Assembly: GCA_964016885.1 (NCBI GenBank) | Contig: OZ024742.1 | Span: 313,286,001-313,350,000, forward strand | DNA length: 64,000 nt | Origin: Eledone cirrhosa | Lineage: Eukaryota | Direction of reading: 5' to 3' | Shown: piece by piece, positions 1 through 15,023 of the stretch | Layout: each line of letters begins with the position of its first letter | How positions within the stretch are numbered: the stretch's first letter is position 1 | The notes under the pieces: model-generated | What the model saw: only the letters and a program-made list of their open reading frames with translations | The model's database searches: none | Told to the model about the DNA's origin: nothing | Translations under genes and position numbers: made by a program

Positions 1-50
1 ATATTTTAGTAAGTAACTTAATTTTATAATTTTCTTATTTTACGTCTCTT

Positions 51-939
<889 letters not shown>

Positions 940-1832
940 CAGGGTGTGGACGATATTTGTTCGCAAAATTACTGTCTAGGAAAAAATAACAAAGTAGTTT
1001 TATTTTTTAAGATTTATTTATCAAACTTGGGTCAGTTTGTCTTCATGACTTGTTCTTTCGATCTCACTCGATAAACCCGCCATTGGCTTTGATGACGGCC
1101 TCAAGGCAGCCTCGGAACCGGCTACAGGCGTTCGTCATTGTCCCCCGACTTAGGTCCCTAAAGGCACTTGTGATCCTAGCCTTCAGATCGTCTTTCGTAT
1201 TGCATCTAGATCTGTTGGTGTCTCGTTCCACTGCACCCCACACAAAGAAGTCAAGGGGGTTGCAGTCAGGTGAGCTGGGAGGCCAGATGTCAGGTGAAGT
1301 GTGGTCGACGAAGTTCTCTGACAGCCAGGCTTGGATCTTTTGGCTGGTATGGCAGGGCGCTGAGTCTTGCTGCCACACGTATGGCCTACCTGCAGCTACC
1401 TGGTCGATCCAGGGCTTTACTACCTTGCTCAGAACACGGATGTAGCCATCGGTGTTCAGCTTGAGACCCTCAGGGAAGAAGTGAGGTGGAATTAAGTCAC
1501 GTTGACTACTGACGACACCTAAGACCAATTGTTGTCGCTGGAAACCTTGTCTGCATGACTCTGGGCACATCTTTGGATGAGACAGCGAGTCACCTGTTGT
1601 TCTGTGAGTTTATCTTCTGGTCTTATTTGTTCTCCCAGCGCGGATTCCAAGAAGAACTTTGTGTCTCTTCCACAAATTTTGAGGTTCAAAATTATTCACA
1701 ATCAATTATTCTGAAAATAAATAATGGAAATATAGTCACTGTTTTTATGAAGAGAAGAGTGACAGTGGAAGTAAAAAAAATTTGCATAAAATTAGCAGTT
1801 GAAAATTGCGAACAAATATCGTCTGCACCCTG
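940..1832 (-). mobile_element. Tc1/mariner DD37D (maT-type) transposon, internally deleted
   Basis: TIRs cagggtgtggacgatatttgttcgcaa / ttgcgaacaaatatcgtctgcaccctg with TA flanks. ORF 1064..1570(-) has QQDSAPCH...WPPSSPDCNPLD with 37 aa between D2 and D3. About 393 bp shorter than the copy at 57548. Confidence 0.92.
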
Positions 1833-1871
<39 letters not shown>

Positions 1872-2007
1872 GTATGTATGTATATGTATGTAATCTGAGT
1901 TTTTCGAATATTAATAATAACATTCGATTTGTTTGCAATTATGCAAACAAGCCTCATTTTTATAGCCTTGTCAGTAGAATGAACTCTTCATTCTTGCTCT
2001 TGTATTG

Positions 2008-3170
2008 GCATGTAAATAGAACTGTCAGTAAAGTGAGAGTAGGAATGGAGTTTAGTGAGGAATTCCAGATACAAGTAAGTGTACATCAGGGCTCGGTCCT
2101 CAGCCCGCTCTTGTCATTATAGGCCTCCAAGCCATAACAGAGGAGTTTAAGACTGGATGCCCATGGGAACCTCTCTATGCTGATGATCTGGTTCTTATAG
2201 CAGATTCAGTAGAGGCGCTAGAGAATAAATTCTGGCTATGGAAACAGCAGTTGGAATCAAGAGGGCTGAGAGTGAACATAGCTAAGGCAAAAGTGTTGAT
2301 AAGTAGAAGAGAGGACAATACTCTGATTCCATCAGGGAAATGGCCATGTTCGATATGTAGAAAAGGAACTGGCATAAATTCCATAAAATGTACGCAATGT
2401 AGATCTTGGGTACACAAGAGATGTAGTGGAATAGCAGGCAAACTAACGGGTAGGGAAAACTATGTATGCAGTAGATGTACAGGGAAAGTTAGTAATAGTA
2501 ATCGCAGTGATAGACACATTTTCCCAATGCAGGTGGGTTCTATAGAAGTGATTGATAGCTTCCGGTATCTAGGTAATCAGATTAGCATGGGAGAGGGGTG
2601 TTCCGAGGCCATAGTATCTAGAATAAGGATGGGCTGGAAGAAGTTTAGGAAGCTGCTTCCTCTGTTGACAGAGAAGGGTTTCTCCCTGCGTATGAAAGAA
2701 CGGTTATATGATGCCTGTGTGAGATGCGCGATGCTGCATGGTAGTGAGACATGGGCAGTGGCTGCAGAGGATATGCGACGGCTGGAGAGAAATGAAGCAA
2801 GCATGCTCCGTTGGATGTGCAATGTTAATGTGCATGAATGACCAAGCATAGATGAGTTGAGAAAGAAACTGGGTATAAAAGGGATAAGTTGTGGTGTGCA
2901 GGAGAGAAAACTGGGATGGTGTGGACATGTGATGCACATGGAGGATGACCACTGGGTAAATAAGTGACAAGAAATCCCAGTGGGGGGTGGACGCAGTGGA
3001 GGAGGACCACGAAAAACATGGGCCGAGTTGGTGAGAGCAAACCTCAGATCACTGAAACTCACTGAGGAGATGACGAAGGACCGTGACAAGTGGTGAGATG
3101 CTGTGCTGAATGGGACCTGTCCCACCCTTGCAAGCAGGGAAAAGCGGACGTAAAATGATGATGATGATGA
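2008..3170 (+). mobile_element. 5'-truncated RTE-clade LINE (family A), decayed
   Basis: HQGSVLSPLL and YADD RT motifs, PHD-like Cys cluster, stops and frameshifts; 3' end cttgcaagcagggaaaagcggacgtaaaa(tga)n. Confidence 0.92.
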
Positions 3171-3469
3171 TATATAAGTAAAGAAATAAATGTAACTGTT
3201 TGAAATTTTCTATGATGTGGATTAATTTTGAAAGCAGTGTTGAGATCTGACTCTATTGTACTGGTAACAACTGGATCTCCACACCATAGATACAGCAGAG
3301 TACACTCACTTTTGATTTTCTATTACTTCATTGTGGTGTCTGTTCTGTCATAGCAGGAGTTATAGTCAACAATATGTCCAGTGGCACTAATCCATAATTC
3401 CAATGGAAACGATGCCAATACCATCACTTCCATCATTGTCTTTATTTACATTCCAACTATAATCATCAC

Positions 3470-6262
3470 CAGCAACATCACCATCATCATCAGCATCATC
3501 ATCATCATCATCATTGACATCACCACTACCACCACCATAACCATCATCATCATCATCACCATCACCGTCGCCAACATCACCAAAACCATCATCATCATTA
3601 ACATCACCACTACCACCACCATAACCACCATCATCATCATCATCATCATCATCATCACCAAAACCATCATCATCATCATCATCATTAACATCACCACTAC
3701 CACCACCATAACCACCATCATCATCATCATCATCATCATCACCAAAACCATCATCATCATCATCATCATTAACATCACCACTACTACCACCATAACCATC
3801 ATCATCATCATCACCATCACCGTTGCCAACAACATCATCATCATCATCATCATCACCAAAACCATCATCATCATCATCATCATTAACATCACCACTACCA
3901 CCACCATAACCGCCATCATCATCATTGTTATTATTGTCCTTATTAACATAATATTCATTACCAACACCACCACTGTCACCACCACCACCACCACCAACAC
4001 TACTACTATCACCAGTATCATCAGCACCACCACCAACACTACCACCAACACCAACACCACTATCACCACCACCAACACCACTATCACCACCAACACCACT
4101 ACCACCACTATCACCACCATCACCACCACCAACAACAACAACAATACCACCAACACTACCACCACTATTACCACCACCACCACTACCATCATTATCACCA
4201 CCCTCACCACCACTACCACCACTATCACCACCACCACCACTATCACCATCACCACCAACAACACCACCACCACCATCACCACCACATTCACCACCACCAC
4301 CACTATCACCAACACCACCACTATCACCACTACCAACACCACAACCACCACTATCACAACCAATATCACCACCACCACTTTCACCACCACCGCCACTATC
4401 ATCATCATCATATTCAACAACAACATCACTAACACCATCACCACCACCACCATCAGCCCCACCATCACTAACACCACCACCACCACTATCACCACCACTA
4501 TCATCATCATCATCATCATATTCAACAACAACATCAATACCACCACAATCACCCCCACCACCACCATCCCCACCACCAACACAATCATCCCCACCACCAC
4601 TAACACCATCACCACCACCACTAACACCATCACCACCACCACTAACACCATCACCACCACCACTAACACCATCACCACCACCACTAACACCATCACTAAC
4701 ATCATCACCACCACCACTAACACCACCACTAACACCATCACCACCAGCACTAACACCATCACCACCAGCACTAACACCATCACCACCAGCACTAACACCA
4801 TCACCACCACCACTAACACTATCACCACCACCACTAACACCATCACCACCACCACTAACACCATCACCACCACCACCACTAACACCATCACCACCACCAC
4901 TAACACCATCACTAACACCATCACCACCACCACTAACACCACCACTAACACCATCACCACCAGCACTAACACCATCACCACCACCACTAACACTATCACC
5001 ACCACCACTAACACCATCACCACCACCACTAACACCATCACCACCACCACTAACACCATCACCACCACCACTAACACCATCACCACCACCACTAACACCA
5101 TCACTAACACCATCACCACCACCACTAACACCACCACTAACACCATCACCACCAGCACTAACACCATCACCACCACCACTAACACTATCACCACCACCAC
5201 TAACACCATCACCACCACCACCACTAACACTATCACCACCACCACTAACACCATCACTAACACCATCACCACCACCACTAACACCATCACTAACACCATC
5301 ACCACCACCACTAACACCACCACTAACACCATCACCACCACCACTAACACCATCACCACCACTACTAACACCATCACCACCACCACTAACACCATCACCA
5401 CCACCACTAACACCATCACCACCACCACTAACACCACCACTAACACCATCACCACCACCACTAACACCATCACCACCACCACTAACACCATCACCACCAG
5501 CACTAACACCATCACCACCACCACTAACACCATCACCACCAGCACTAACACCATCACCACCACCACTAACACTATCACCACCACCACTAACACCATCACC
5601 ACCACCACTAACACCATCACCACCACCACTAACACCATCACCACCACCACTAACACCATCACCACCACTACTAACACCATCACCACCACCACTAACACCA
5701 TCACCACCACCACTAACACCATCACCACCACCACTAACACCACCACTAACACCATCACCACCACCACTAACACCATCACCACCACCACTAACACCATCAC
5801 CACCAGCACTAACACCATCACCACCACCACTAACACCATCACCACCACCACTAACACCATCACCACCAGCACTAACACCATCACCACCACCACTAACACC
5901 ATCACCACCATCACTAACACCATCACCACCACCACTAACACCATCACCACCATCACTAACACCATCACCACCACCACTAACACCATCACCACCACCACTA
6001 ACACCATCACCACCACCACTAACACCATCACCACCAGCACTAACACCATCACCACCACCACTAACACCATCACCACCATCACTAACACCATCACCACCAC
6101 CACTAACACCATCACCACCATCACTAACACCATCACCACCAGCACTAACACCATCACCACCACCACTAACACCATCACCACCATCACTAACACCATCACC
6201 ACCAGCACTAACACCATCACCACCACCACTAACACCATCACCACCACCACTAACACCATCAC
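3470..6262. repeat. (CAT/CAC)n microsatellite grading into a 21-bp minisatellite (actaacaccatcaccaccacc)
   Basis: Direct reading; explains the 1008-aa T/I/N and 953-aa V/M ORFs. Confidence 0.95.
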
Positions 6263-6299
6263 CCTTGTCATTATGTTACTTAACTTGCCCAACACTTTT

Positions 6300-6838
6300 T
6301 TATACAAACATATATATATATATAACTACATACCCACACACATATACACATATACAAACACATACTCACACATACACACATACACATGCAAACATAAAAA
6401 CACATAAACATACATATACAAACACACACACATACTAATATATACATACAAACATACACACTTACACACAAACATACATACAAACACACACACACATACA
6501 CACATACACACACACAAACACATACACACACATACAAACATACACATACATACACACACACATATGCATGCATACAAACACACTCACACACACATACACA
6601 TACACACACATACATACACATACAAACACACATACACACACTCACACACATATACACACACACAAACACACACATACACATACATTCACACACACACACA
6701 CTCACACACACATACATTCACACACACACACACACTCATACATACATACACATTCAAAAACACACGCAATCAGATACATTCACAAACACACACACACACA
6801 CATACACATACAAATACACACATACACATACACACACT

Positions 6839-6873
<35 letters not shown>

Positions 6874-8060
6874 ACAAACAAACACATACACATACATTCA
6901 CACACACACACACACACTCACATACATACACATACAAAAACACGCACATACACATACATTCACAGACAAACACACACACACACACATACACACACATACA
7001 CATACAAACACACACACATATATATATATACCCACATATACAAGTAATTTACCACCTCCCTCATGTTAGATTCTGGCAATGAGTTTTACCATAATTTATA
7101 ACGATGGATTTATATTTTTGGAGTTTTGCCTGTAACAGGATTCCGAAAGACATTTTGCTCTCCAGTTTCTTATCTTCAAGACTCACAAGAAGATGCCAAA
7201 ATCTTTGTCTGCACTGAATAAATAAATAAACAAACACACACATACTTTAACTCATATAAACACATTCATATACACACATGCATGCACACACAAATACACA
7301 GACACAGGCACACACACACACACACACAAAAACACACAGACAGACACAAACACACAGACAGACACTCACACACACACACAAACACACACACACTCAATCA
7401 AACACATAGAAACACATAAAAACACATATACATACATGTACAAACAGACACACACACACACATACACACACTCAATCAAACACATAAAAACACATACACA
7501 CATGCACACACACGAACAGACACACACGCACACATACACAATCACACACACTCAATCAAACACATAAAAACACATACACAAACAGACATACACACACATA
7601 CACATACACTCAATCAAACATATAAAAACACATACACACATATGCACACACACACACACGCACGAACAGACACACACACACTCAATCAAGCACATAAAAA
7701 CACATACGCACATATACATACATGCACACACACACACGCACACACACACAAACACACACACAGACACTCAATCAAACACATAAAAACACATACACACATA
7801 TACATACATGCACACACACACACATACACACACATGCACACACACACACAAACAGACACACAAACACGCGCACATATATACACATCATCATCAACATCGT
7901 TTAATGTCCATCTTCCATGCTAAACAATGATGATGATGATATATATTCATATAATCACAAACACATAAAAATACATAAACAAACACACATACACATACAC
8001 ACACATACACATAATCAAACAGATAAAAACACATAAACACATGAAAACAAATACGCACGC
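6300..8060. repeat. (CA)n-rich low-complexity tract with recurring 'cacactcaatcaaacacataaaaacacat'
   Basis: Direct reading. Confidence 0.9.
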
Positions 8061-8147
8061 ATACACACATATGTATGTGTATATACTCACATACACATGT
8101 ACTTCCAATGATACATATTCATTCAAATGTCTATGTGTCAATTATAT

Positions 8148-8191
<44 letters not shown>

Positions 8192-8272
8192 ATATATATA
8201 TATATATATATGAAGTAATTCCGTCGGAAAGGTCCAGGAAAAAAGAGTGCTCTATGTAGGTTACAGAGCTTA

Positions 8273-8409
8273 ATAGTTATGTAATAAACAACATAAGATA
8301 ATTGTTTCATTTACCAGTGGTTTCTGATGATTGAAAGCAAATTTTGTTTACTTTCAAGAAACCACTGGTAAATGAAATAATTATCTTATGTTGTTTATTA
8401 CATAACTAT
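8273..8409 (+). ncRNA. fold-back element with hammerhead ribozyme core in its centre
   Basis: 52-bp arms. Centre: CTGATGA(8324) ttgaaag..ctttcaa GAAAC cactg GTA. The 5' strand of stem I is replaced by the inverted arm. Confidence 0.7.
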
Positions 8410-8416
8410 ATATATA

Positions 8417-8671
8417 TAAACAATTAAGTTAAAAATGTACATCCACATATGTATACTGAAATACTAGTATGCATATGATTACACACACGTATACATATGT
8501 AGATGTACCGAGTTTTTCACTGGTCACTTTACTGTGAGTGTCCAGCTATTCTGTATGTAAAGTGACCAGTGAAAAACTCGGTACATCTACATATGTATAC
8601 GTGTGTGTAATCATATGCATACTAGTATTTCAGTATACATATGTGGATGTACATTTTTAACTTAATTGTTT
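8417..8671. repeat. ~115-bp-arm palindrome next to (TA)n with a possible degenerate HHR at the turn
   Basis: taaacaattaagtt...ctttac / gtaaag...aacttaattgttta. Minus strand reads cagaata gctgg..ccagt gaaaaactcggta. Confidence 0.8.
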
Positions 8672-8794
8672 AAGCGTCAGTCATACAAAAGTGAGTTACA
8701 AACGAAACGAAATTTAATTTCGTTTCGTTATTTGTTTTTATATATATATATATTAATTCAAAATATTAATAAATATAGACATTTATGTAATCAA

Positions 8795-8866
8795 ATATAT
8801 TTTATTATATATATTTCGGAGGTACTGTGCTGTTTCCTCAGTACGTCCTCATCAGATAAAATATAT
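8795..8866 (-). ncRNA. type I hammerhead ribozyme
   Basis: Minus strand: atatattttat-CTGATGA-ggacgtactg..cagtacctcc-GAAA-tatata-TA/ataaaatatat. 11-bp stem I, long stem II, palindromic (AU)n stem III. Confidence 0.85.
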
Positions 8867-9017
8867 AAATTGATGTATGACATACCTCAACTGTGTTGAT
8901 GGTTCAATTCCAGTCTTGGCAGTCATGGATCTCAGGAATTTTACCCGCCTTAGATAGATAGATAGATATATATATATGACACACATACATATGTATTATG
9001 TGTATGTATATATATAC

Positions 9018-9049
<32 letters not shown>

Positions 9050-9052
9050 ATA

Positions 9053-10007
9053 TCATCATCATCATCGTTTCACGTCCATCTTCCATGCTAGCATGGGTCT
9101 GGACGGGAATTGTCCCACTTGAGGCAAGATTGGTTGTCTTGCTCCGGACTGTCTGGCGGGTTTTCTACGGCTGGATGCCCTTCCCAACACCAACCACGTT
9201 TACAGTGTGGACTGGGAGGTTTTTACCGTGTTACCTACACGGCCACTTTACAGCGTAGACTGTGTGTTTTTTGTCGTGACACCTACACAACCTCATTTGT
9301 TTCGGACTGGATGCTGTGGTACCAACATAACTTCACATTTAAGGGGGTGGTATGGATGGGGTGGGGGTAGTGGGACGTTAGAGGTTCCTACTGACTGTAG
9401 GTTTCACTTTGTATTTAGGCAAGGCGGGTCTTCTGTATAACTGTGTAGCGCCAAAGCTCTCGGTCCAGTGACATTGTCTTGGAGAGGTGTAAGTGTGTGA
9501 GGTCGGAATTTATCAAGTCATCCCAGGTTTTTCTGGGTCTGTCTACTCCGTGGCTACCGTCTATTTTTATCGCCCTGCACTTTTTTTATACAGCTGTCGT
9601 CTTTCATGCGCATCACGTGACCGTACCAACGTAGTCTTCTCTCGAGTAAACAACATCTGATCCCTCTTATTCCTAATTTCTCCCTTAGTTCGTTTATGCT
9701 TTGCCGTTCACGTATATTACTATTACACATCCAACGGAGCATGCAAGCTTCGTTTCTCTCCAGTCTGCGTATATCCTCTGCACACAATGCCCAGGTCTCA
9801 CTGCCATGTAAAATTGCTGTTCGTATGCAGGCATCATACAGCCTGCCTTTCATTTTTAGAGAGAACCCTTTAGCGGCCAATAGCTCTCTGAACTTTTTTC
9901 ATCCCGTTCTGACTCTAGCTACTGTACTTTCAGAACACCCTCCCCCACTGCTGATTTTGTCACCCAGGTAAAGGAAGCTGTCCACTATTTCTATAGAACC
10001 ATCTGTG
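9053..10007 (-). mobile_element. RTE LINE family B, 3' fragment
   Basis: ORF 9554..9880 (KGRLYDAC..HGSETW..RLRWYGHVMR), ~380-bp 3'UTR, (gat)n tail; similar to copies at 53645 and 60147. Confidence 0.92.
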
Positions 10008-10021
10008 CATATATATATATA

Positions 10022-10081
<60 letters not shown>

Positions 10082-10142
10082 CATGCACATACACAAGTAC
10101 ACATATATATGCATTCCCATGTATGTGTGTATATATTATATA

Positions 10143-12335
10143 GCTGCAGGCTACTGATGAAACCTGTGGTTGGAGCTCTGCTCCAGCCACAGGTTTCATC
10201 AGACAGGGAGTGACCTGGTGGTGGAACAGCACAGTAGATAAGGCTATTAGAGACAAAAGACTAGCATGGAAGGCTTGGAAAAAGGGTGGGAGTAGGGAAG
10301 AATATACAGCCACTAAGAGAGAAGCTAGACGTTAGGTGTACTTAGCACGCAGGGAGGCAGAGAGTAGGAGGTTTGCCAATGTTCTGCGACGGGAAGATCA
10401 GAGGCGTGCGGTGTTCCACATTGCAAGACAGTGTGTCAATGCAAATCAGAATGTTGTTGGAGATAAATGTGTCCGGGATGATGCCGGTGTACTTAGTGTC
10501 ACGAATGATCAGAAAAAGGAGGCCTGGAAATGTCATTATGAGAGACTGATGAATGTGGAGAACGAATGGGAGAGAGAGAAATTACCCTTGGTAGATCCGA
10601 CAGAGGGACCAGCTATTGAGATTGACGAATATAGGGTCCAAGAGGCGATTAGGGAAATGAAAAATGGTAAGGCTGCCGGACCATCGGGAATAGTTGCTGA
10701 GATGCTGAAGGCATCAGGGGACGTAGGCACTAAACTGGCTGCACGCATCATCAATCAGGCTATATATGGTGGTGTCATACCCAAAGACTGGTGCAGCAGT
10801 ATTCTCATAAATTGCTACAAAGGTAAAGGGGATGCTTTGGAGAGGAGCAATTATAGGGGTATAAAACTGATAGATCAGGTTATGAAAGTGGCAGAAAGGA
10901 TTTTAGCACAACTAATTAGAGAAAGAGTCAAACTAGATGAGATGCAGTTTGGTTTTGTGCCTGGGAAGAGTACAACAGATGCCCTCTTCTTGGTGAGACA
11001 ATTGCAAGAGAGGTTCTTAGAGAAGAATAAGCCACTATACTTAGACTTTGTTGACCTAGAGAAGGCCTTTGATAGGGTACCCCGATCTGTCATCTGGTGG
11101 TCCCTAAGGAAGCTAGGTGTTGAGGAATGGCTTGTGAGGACAGTGCAAACTTTGTACAGAGGTACTCTCAGTAAAGTCAGGGTAGGAATGGAGTTTAGTG
11201 AGGAATTCCAGATACAAGTAGGAGTACATCAGGGTTCGGTCCTCAGCCCGCTCTTGTTCATTATAGTCCTCCAAGCCATAACAGAGGAGTTTAAGACTGG
11301 CTGTCCATGGGAACTTCTCTATGCTGACGATATGGTTCTTATAGCAGAATCAGTAGAGGAGCTAGAGAATAAATTCTGGCTATGAAAACAGCAGTTGGAA
11401 GCAAGAGGACTGAGAGTGAATCTAGCTAAGACAAGAGTGTTGATGAGTAGAAAAGAGGACAAAACCCTGATTCCGTCAGGGAAATGGCCATGTTCGATAT
11501 GCAGAAAAGGAACTGGCATAAATTCTATAAAATGCACACAATGCAGATCCTGGGTACACAAGAGATGTAGCGGGATAGCAGGCAAACTAACAGGTAGGGA
11601 GAAATATGTATGCAGTAGATGTACAGGGAAATTAGACAGTAGAAGTCGCACTGATAGACACATTTTTCAAATGCAAGAGGGCGCTATAGAAGTGGTGGAT
11701 AGCTTCCGGTACCTAGGAGATCAGATTAGCATGGGAGGAGGGTGTTCTGAGGCCATAGTATCTAGAATAAGGACAGGTTGGAAGAAGTTTAGGGAGCTGC
11801 TTCCTCTGTTGACGAAGAAGGGTTTCTCCCTGCATACGAAAGGCCGGTTGTATGATGCCTGTGTGCAGAGCGCGATGCTGCATGGTAGGGAGACATGGGC
11901 AGCAACTGCAGAGGATATGCGACGGCTGGAGAGAAATGAGGCAAGCATGCTCCGTTGGATGTGCAGTGTAAATGTGCGTGAACGACCCAGCATAAATGTG
12001 TTGAGAGAGAAACTGTGTCTGAGAGGGATAGAATGTAGTGTACGGGAGAGGAGACTGAGGTGGTATGGACATGTGATGCGCATGGAGGATGACCGATGGG
12101 TGAAGAAGTGCCAGGAATTGCCAGTTGAAGGAAGACGTGGTAGAGGTAGACCACGAAAAACTTGGGCGGAGGTGGTGAGAACAGACCTCAGATCATTGAA
12201 GCTCACGGTGGAGATGACGAGGGACCGTGACGAGGGACCGTGACGAGTGGAGAGATGCTGTGCTGAATAAGACCCGTCCCACCCTTGCAAGCAGGGAAAA
12301 GCGGACGTAAAATGATGATGATGATGATGATGATG
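10143..12335 (+). mobile_element. RTE LINE family A, 5'-truncated, RT region with premature stops
   Basis: ORFs 10336..11385 and 11395..12243: KAAGPSGI, NYRGIKL, QFGF, DLEKAFD, QGSVLSPLLF, YADD, FRYLG, RGRPRKTW; (gat)n tail. Confidence 0.96.
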
Positions 12336-12341
12336 TATATA

Positions 12342-12381
<40 letters not shown>

Positions 12382-12382
12382 C

Positions 12383-12470
<88 letters not shown>

Positions 12471-12583
12471 GGTGTTGGATGCTTAAAACGTCCGTATGCG
12501 GTAGGCCATATGATATATATACATATATAAGTACATATATATGTATATATACATATATATATATGTATATATATATATCTATA

Positions 12584-12628
<45 letters not shown>

Positions 12629-12641
12629 ACATATATATATT

Positions 12642-12730
<89 letters not shown>

Positions 12731-12887
12731 TAGCTACTACACTTTCTTATCAATTATTTGTTATTTCATCTATTTATTTATTGAATGCTTTTGTTCTTCA
12801 AAGTTTATTTTCTTGCTTTGAATTTAAAACTAACATTTAGAGATTTCAAAGTGAAGTGAAAATTGAGACAATTTTTTAATTCTTCGT

Positions 12888-13215
12888 ATAATCATAAAAT
12901 CATATGCACATGTACATACACACACATATATGTATGTATTTGTGTATATATATATAATCATATGCACATGTACACACACATATATGTATGTATTTGTGTA
13001 TATATATATAATCATATGCACATGTACATACACACACATATGTATGTATTTGTGTATATATATATAATCATATGCACATGTACACACACATATATGTATG
13101 TATTTGTGTATATATATATAATCATATGCACATGTACATACACACACATATATGTATGTATTTGTGTATATATATATAATCATATGCACATGTACACACA
13201 CATATATGTATGTAT
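12888..13215. repeat. ~58-62-bp minisatellite, about 5 copies
   Basis: Repeats of ataatcatatgcacatgtac(ac)n atatgtatgtatttgtg(ta)n. Confidence 0.9.
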
Positions 13216-13577
13216 TCATATATGTGTGTGTATATATATATATATTGTTATATTTGAGAATGGTCATGTTGCCAATATTGCCAATAGAAAAAACACATCC
13301 ACCATATAATTTTCACTTTATCTTTATTGCGCATTATTCATCCGTCTGTCAAAATTCTTTCATCACACATCCTATGACCTCTTCAATGACTATATCTTTT
13401 GTGCCTCCTCTTTTTCCTGGTTTTAAACTTTTACTTTATTTTTGTTGTGCATTTTTCATAATTCATGTCTGCACATGTGTTTGCGCCTGCACCTTCGTTC
13501 AGTGAAGTCTTTCTTCGCTTTTTTCAAATATATTTTACTGTACCAAGGATTATTCCCATTTTCCACTATATATACAT

Positions 13578-13905
13578 ATCATCATCATCATCATCATTTT
13601 ACGTCTGCTTTTCCCTGCTTGCAAGGATAGGATGGGCCCTATTCAGCACAGCATCTCTCCACTTGTCGCAGTCCTTCATCTTCTCCTCTGTGAACTTCGG
13701 CGATCTGAGGTCTGCTCTCACCACCTCCGCCCATGTTTTTCATGGCCTTCCTCTACTGCATCTTCCTTCTACTGGGATTTCTTGGCACTTCTTTACCCAG
13801 CAATCATCCTCGATGTGCATCACATGTCTATACCATCGCAGTCTTCTCTCCAGCACACTACAACTTATCCCTCTTATACACAGTTTCTCTCTCAACTCAT
13901 CTATG
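13578..13905 (-). mobile_element. RTE family A 3' fragment
   Basis: Reverse complement of about 11990-12330, including the tail. Confidence 0.88.
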
Positions 13906-14338
13906 CTTCAAAATCAGTTCTGTATGAGGAAGACATGGTTACCTGACCTGGCATTGCAAATAACAGGATAACTCGCCTAACCCATGCTAGCATGGAAAAA
14001 TGGACGTTAAACGGTGATGATAGTGGTGATGATGATAAATGGAAACAACAAACCAAACAACATTGTACAATAAAGACATATATAAGCTTAACTCTTAATC
14101 TCACTGAAGATTCAAAGCATTATCAAACTGACATATGTTTCTGCCGGCTTAAAATCTCCACCCTTGGGCCAAAATATTATATTTCTAAAATTTAAAAATT
14201 TAAAAATTCTATAATTTTATAACTTAATCCACAGGTGTTGATTTAGAATCAGCATCATCAGAGTTTATTAATCAACCTGTAAAGGAGTTTAACTACTCCA
14301 GTTAATAATATTAATACTACTATTATATATATATATAT

Positions 14339-14512
14339 AATTGAAAAAATGTGAAGAATAACATAGTTAACAGTACAAAAAAGGGGAATTTATTTACAGT
14401 CTAACAATTGTTTTTCTGATTGAGTTGTCTAAAAATTGCTGAACACTAGAAGCAGTAAATAAATTCCCCTTTTTTGTACTGTTGACCATGTTATTCTTCA
14501 CATTTTTCAATT
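14339..14512. repeat. fold-back element (~58-bp arms) abutting (TA)n
   Basis: aattgaaaaaatgtgaagaataac..atttac / gtaaat..gttattcttcacatttttcaatt. The spacer keeps gaaaaacaattgtt on the minus strand, a stem-III-like remnant. Confidence 0.8.
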
Positions 14513-14790
14513 TTATTACTCCAAGATAACCTTACATAGGAATACAAGTTAAATCATAAACTCCCCATCTACATAAACCTCTTGTTGAGTCAAACAAAGC
14601 TGTACGCTAAAACTATCCATAATAAGAAGTATTCACCTCTAACTGGATTACCTATAATGATATTTTGTAATCACACATACATATATATATATATATGTAT
14701 GTGTGTATGTGTATGTATGTATGTGTATATATGTGTTCATTTCCAATTCCAACCCACCCGTCCCCTCAATCTATCTTATTCTTCATTCTT

Positions 14791-14826
14791 TCTTCTGATG
14801 AAGGACTGGCGTCCGAAACGTTAAGA
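14791..14826 (+). ncRNA. minimal PLE-type hammerhead ribozyme
   Basis: tctt-CTGATGA-a-ggac tggc gtcc-GAAAC-GTT/aaga; stem III is the ACGT palindrome. Confidence 0.8.
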
Positions 14827-15023
14827 CCCTCTTTCTGCTATATCAAGCATTAACCTAATATATACCTTCCATATACTGTACCGATTGTGTTGTTATTTCT
14901 GTTTTCCTTTTACATACTTATATATATATGTATATATATAAGCAGTAAACAGAACAAGAAACCAAACAACACTGTACAATAAAGACATATATAAGCTTAA
15001 CGCTTGCTATAGTAGGAAAAGAG

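Noticed and set aside
3381-6407. 1008-aa Thr-rich 'mucin-like' ORF
   Set aside because: It is a trinucleotide-based repeat open on both strands, starts at GTG, and has no non-repetitive domain or splice evidence.
10154-10165. CTGATGA..AAAC as a hammerhead
   Set aside because: There is no stem II between the boxes; the sequence is RTE coding sequence (ATDETCGW).
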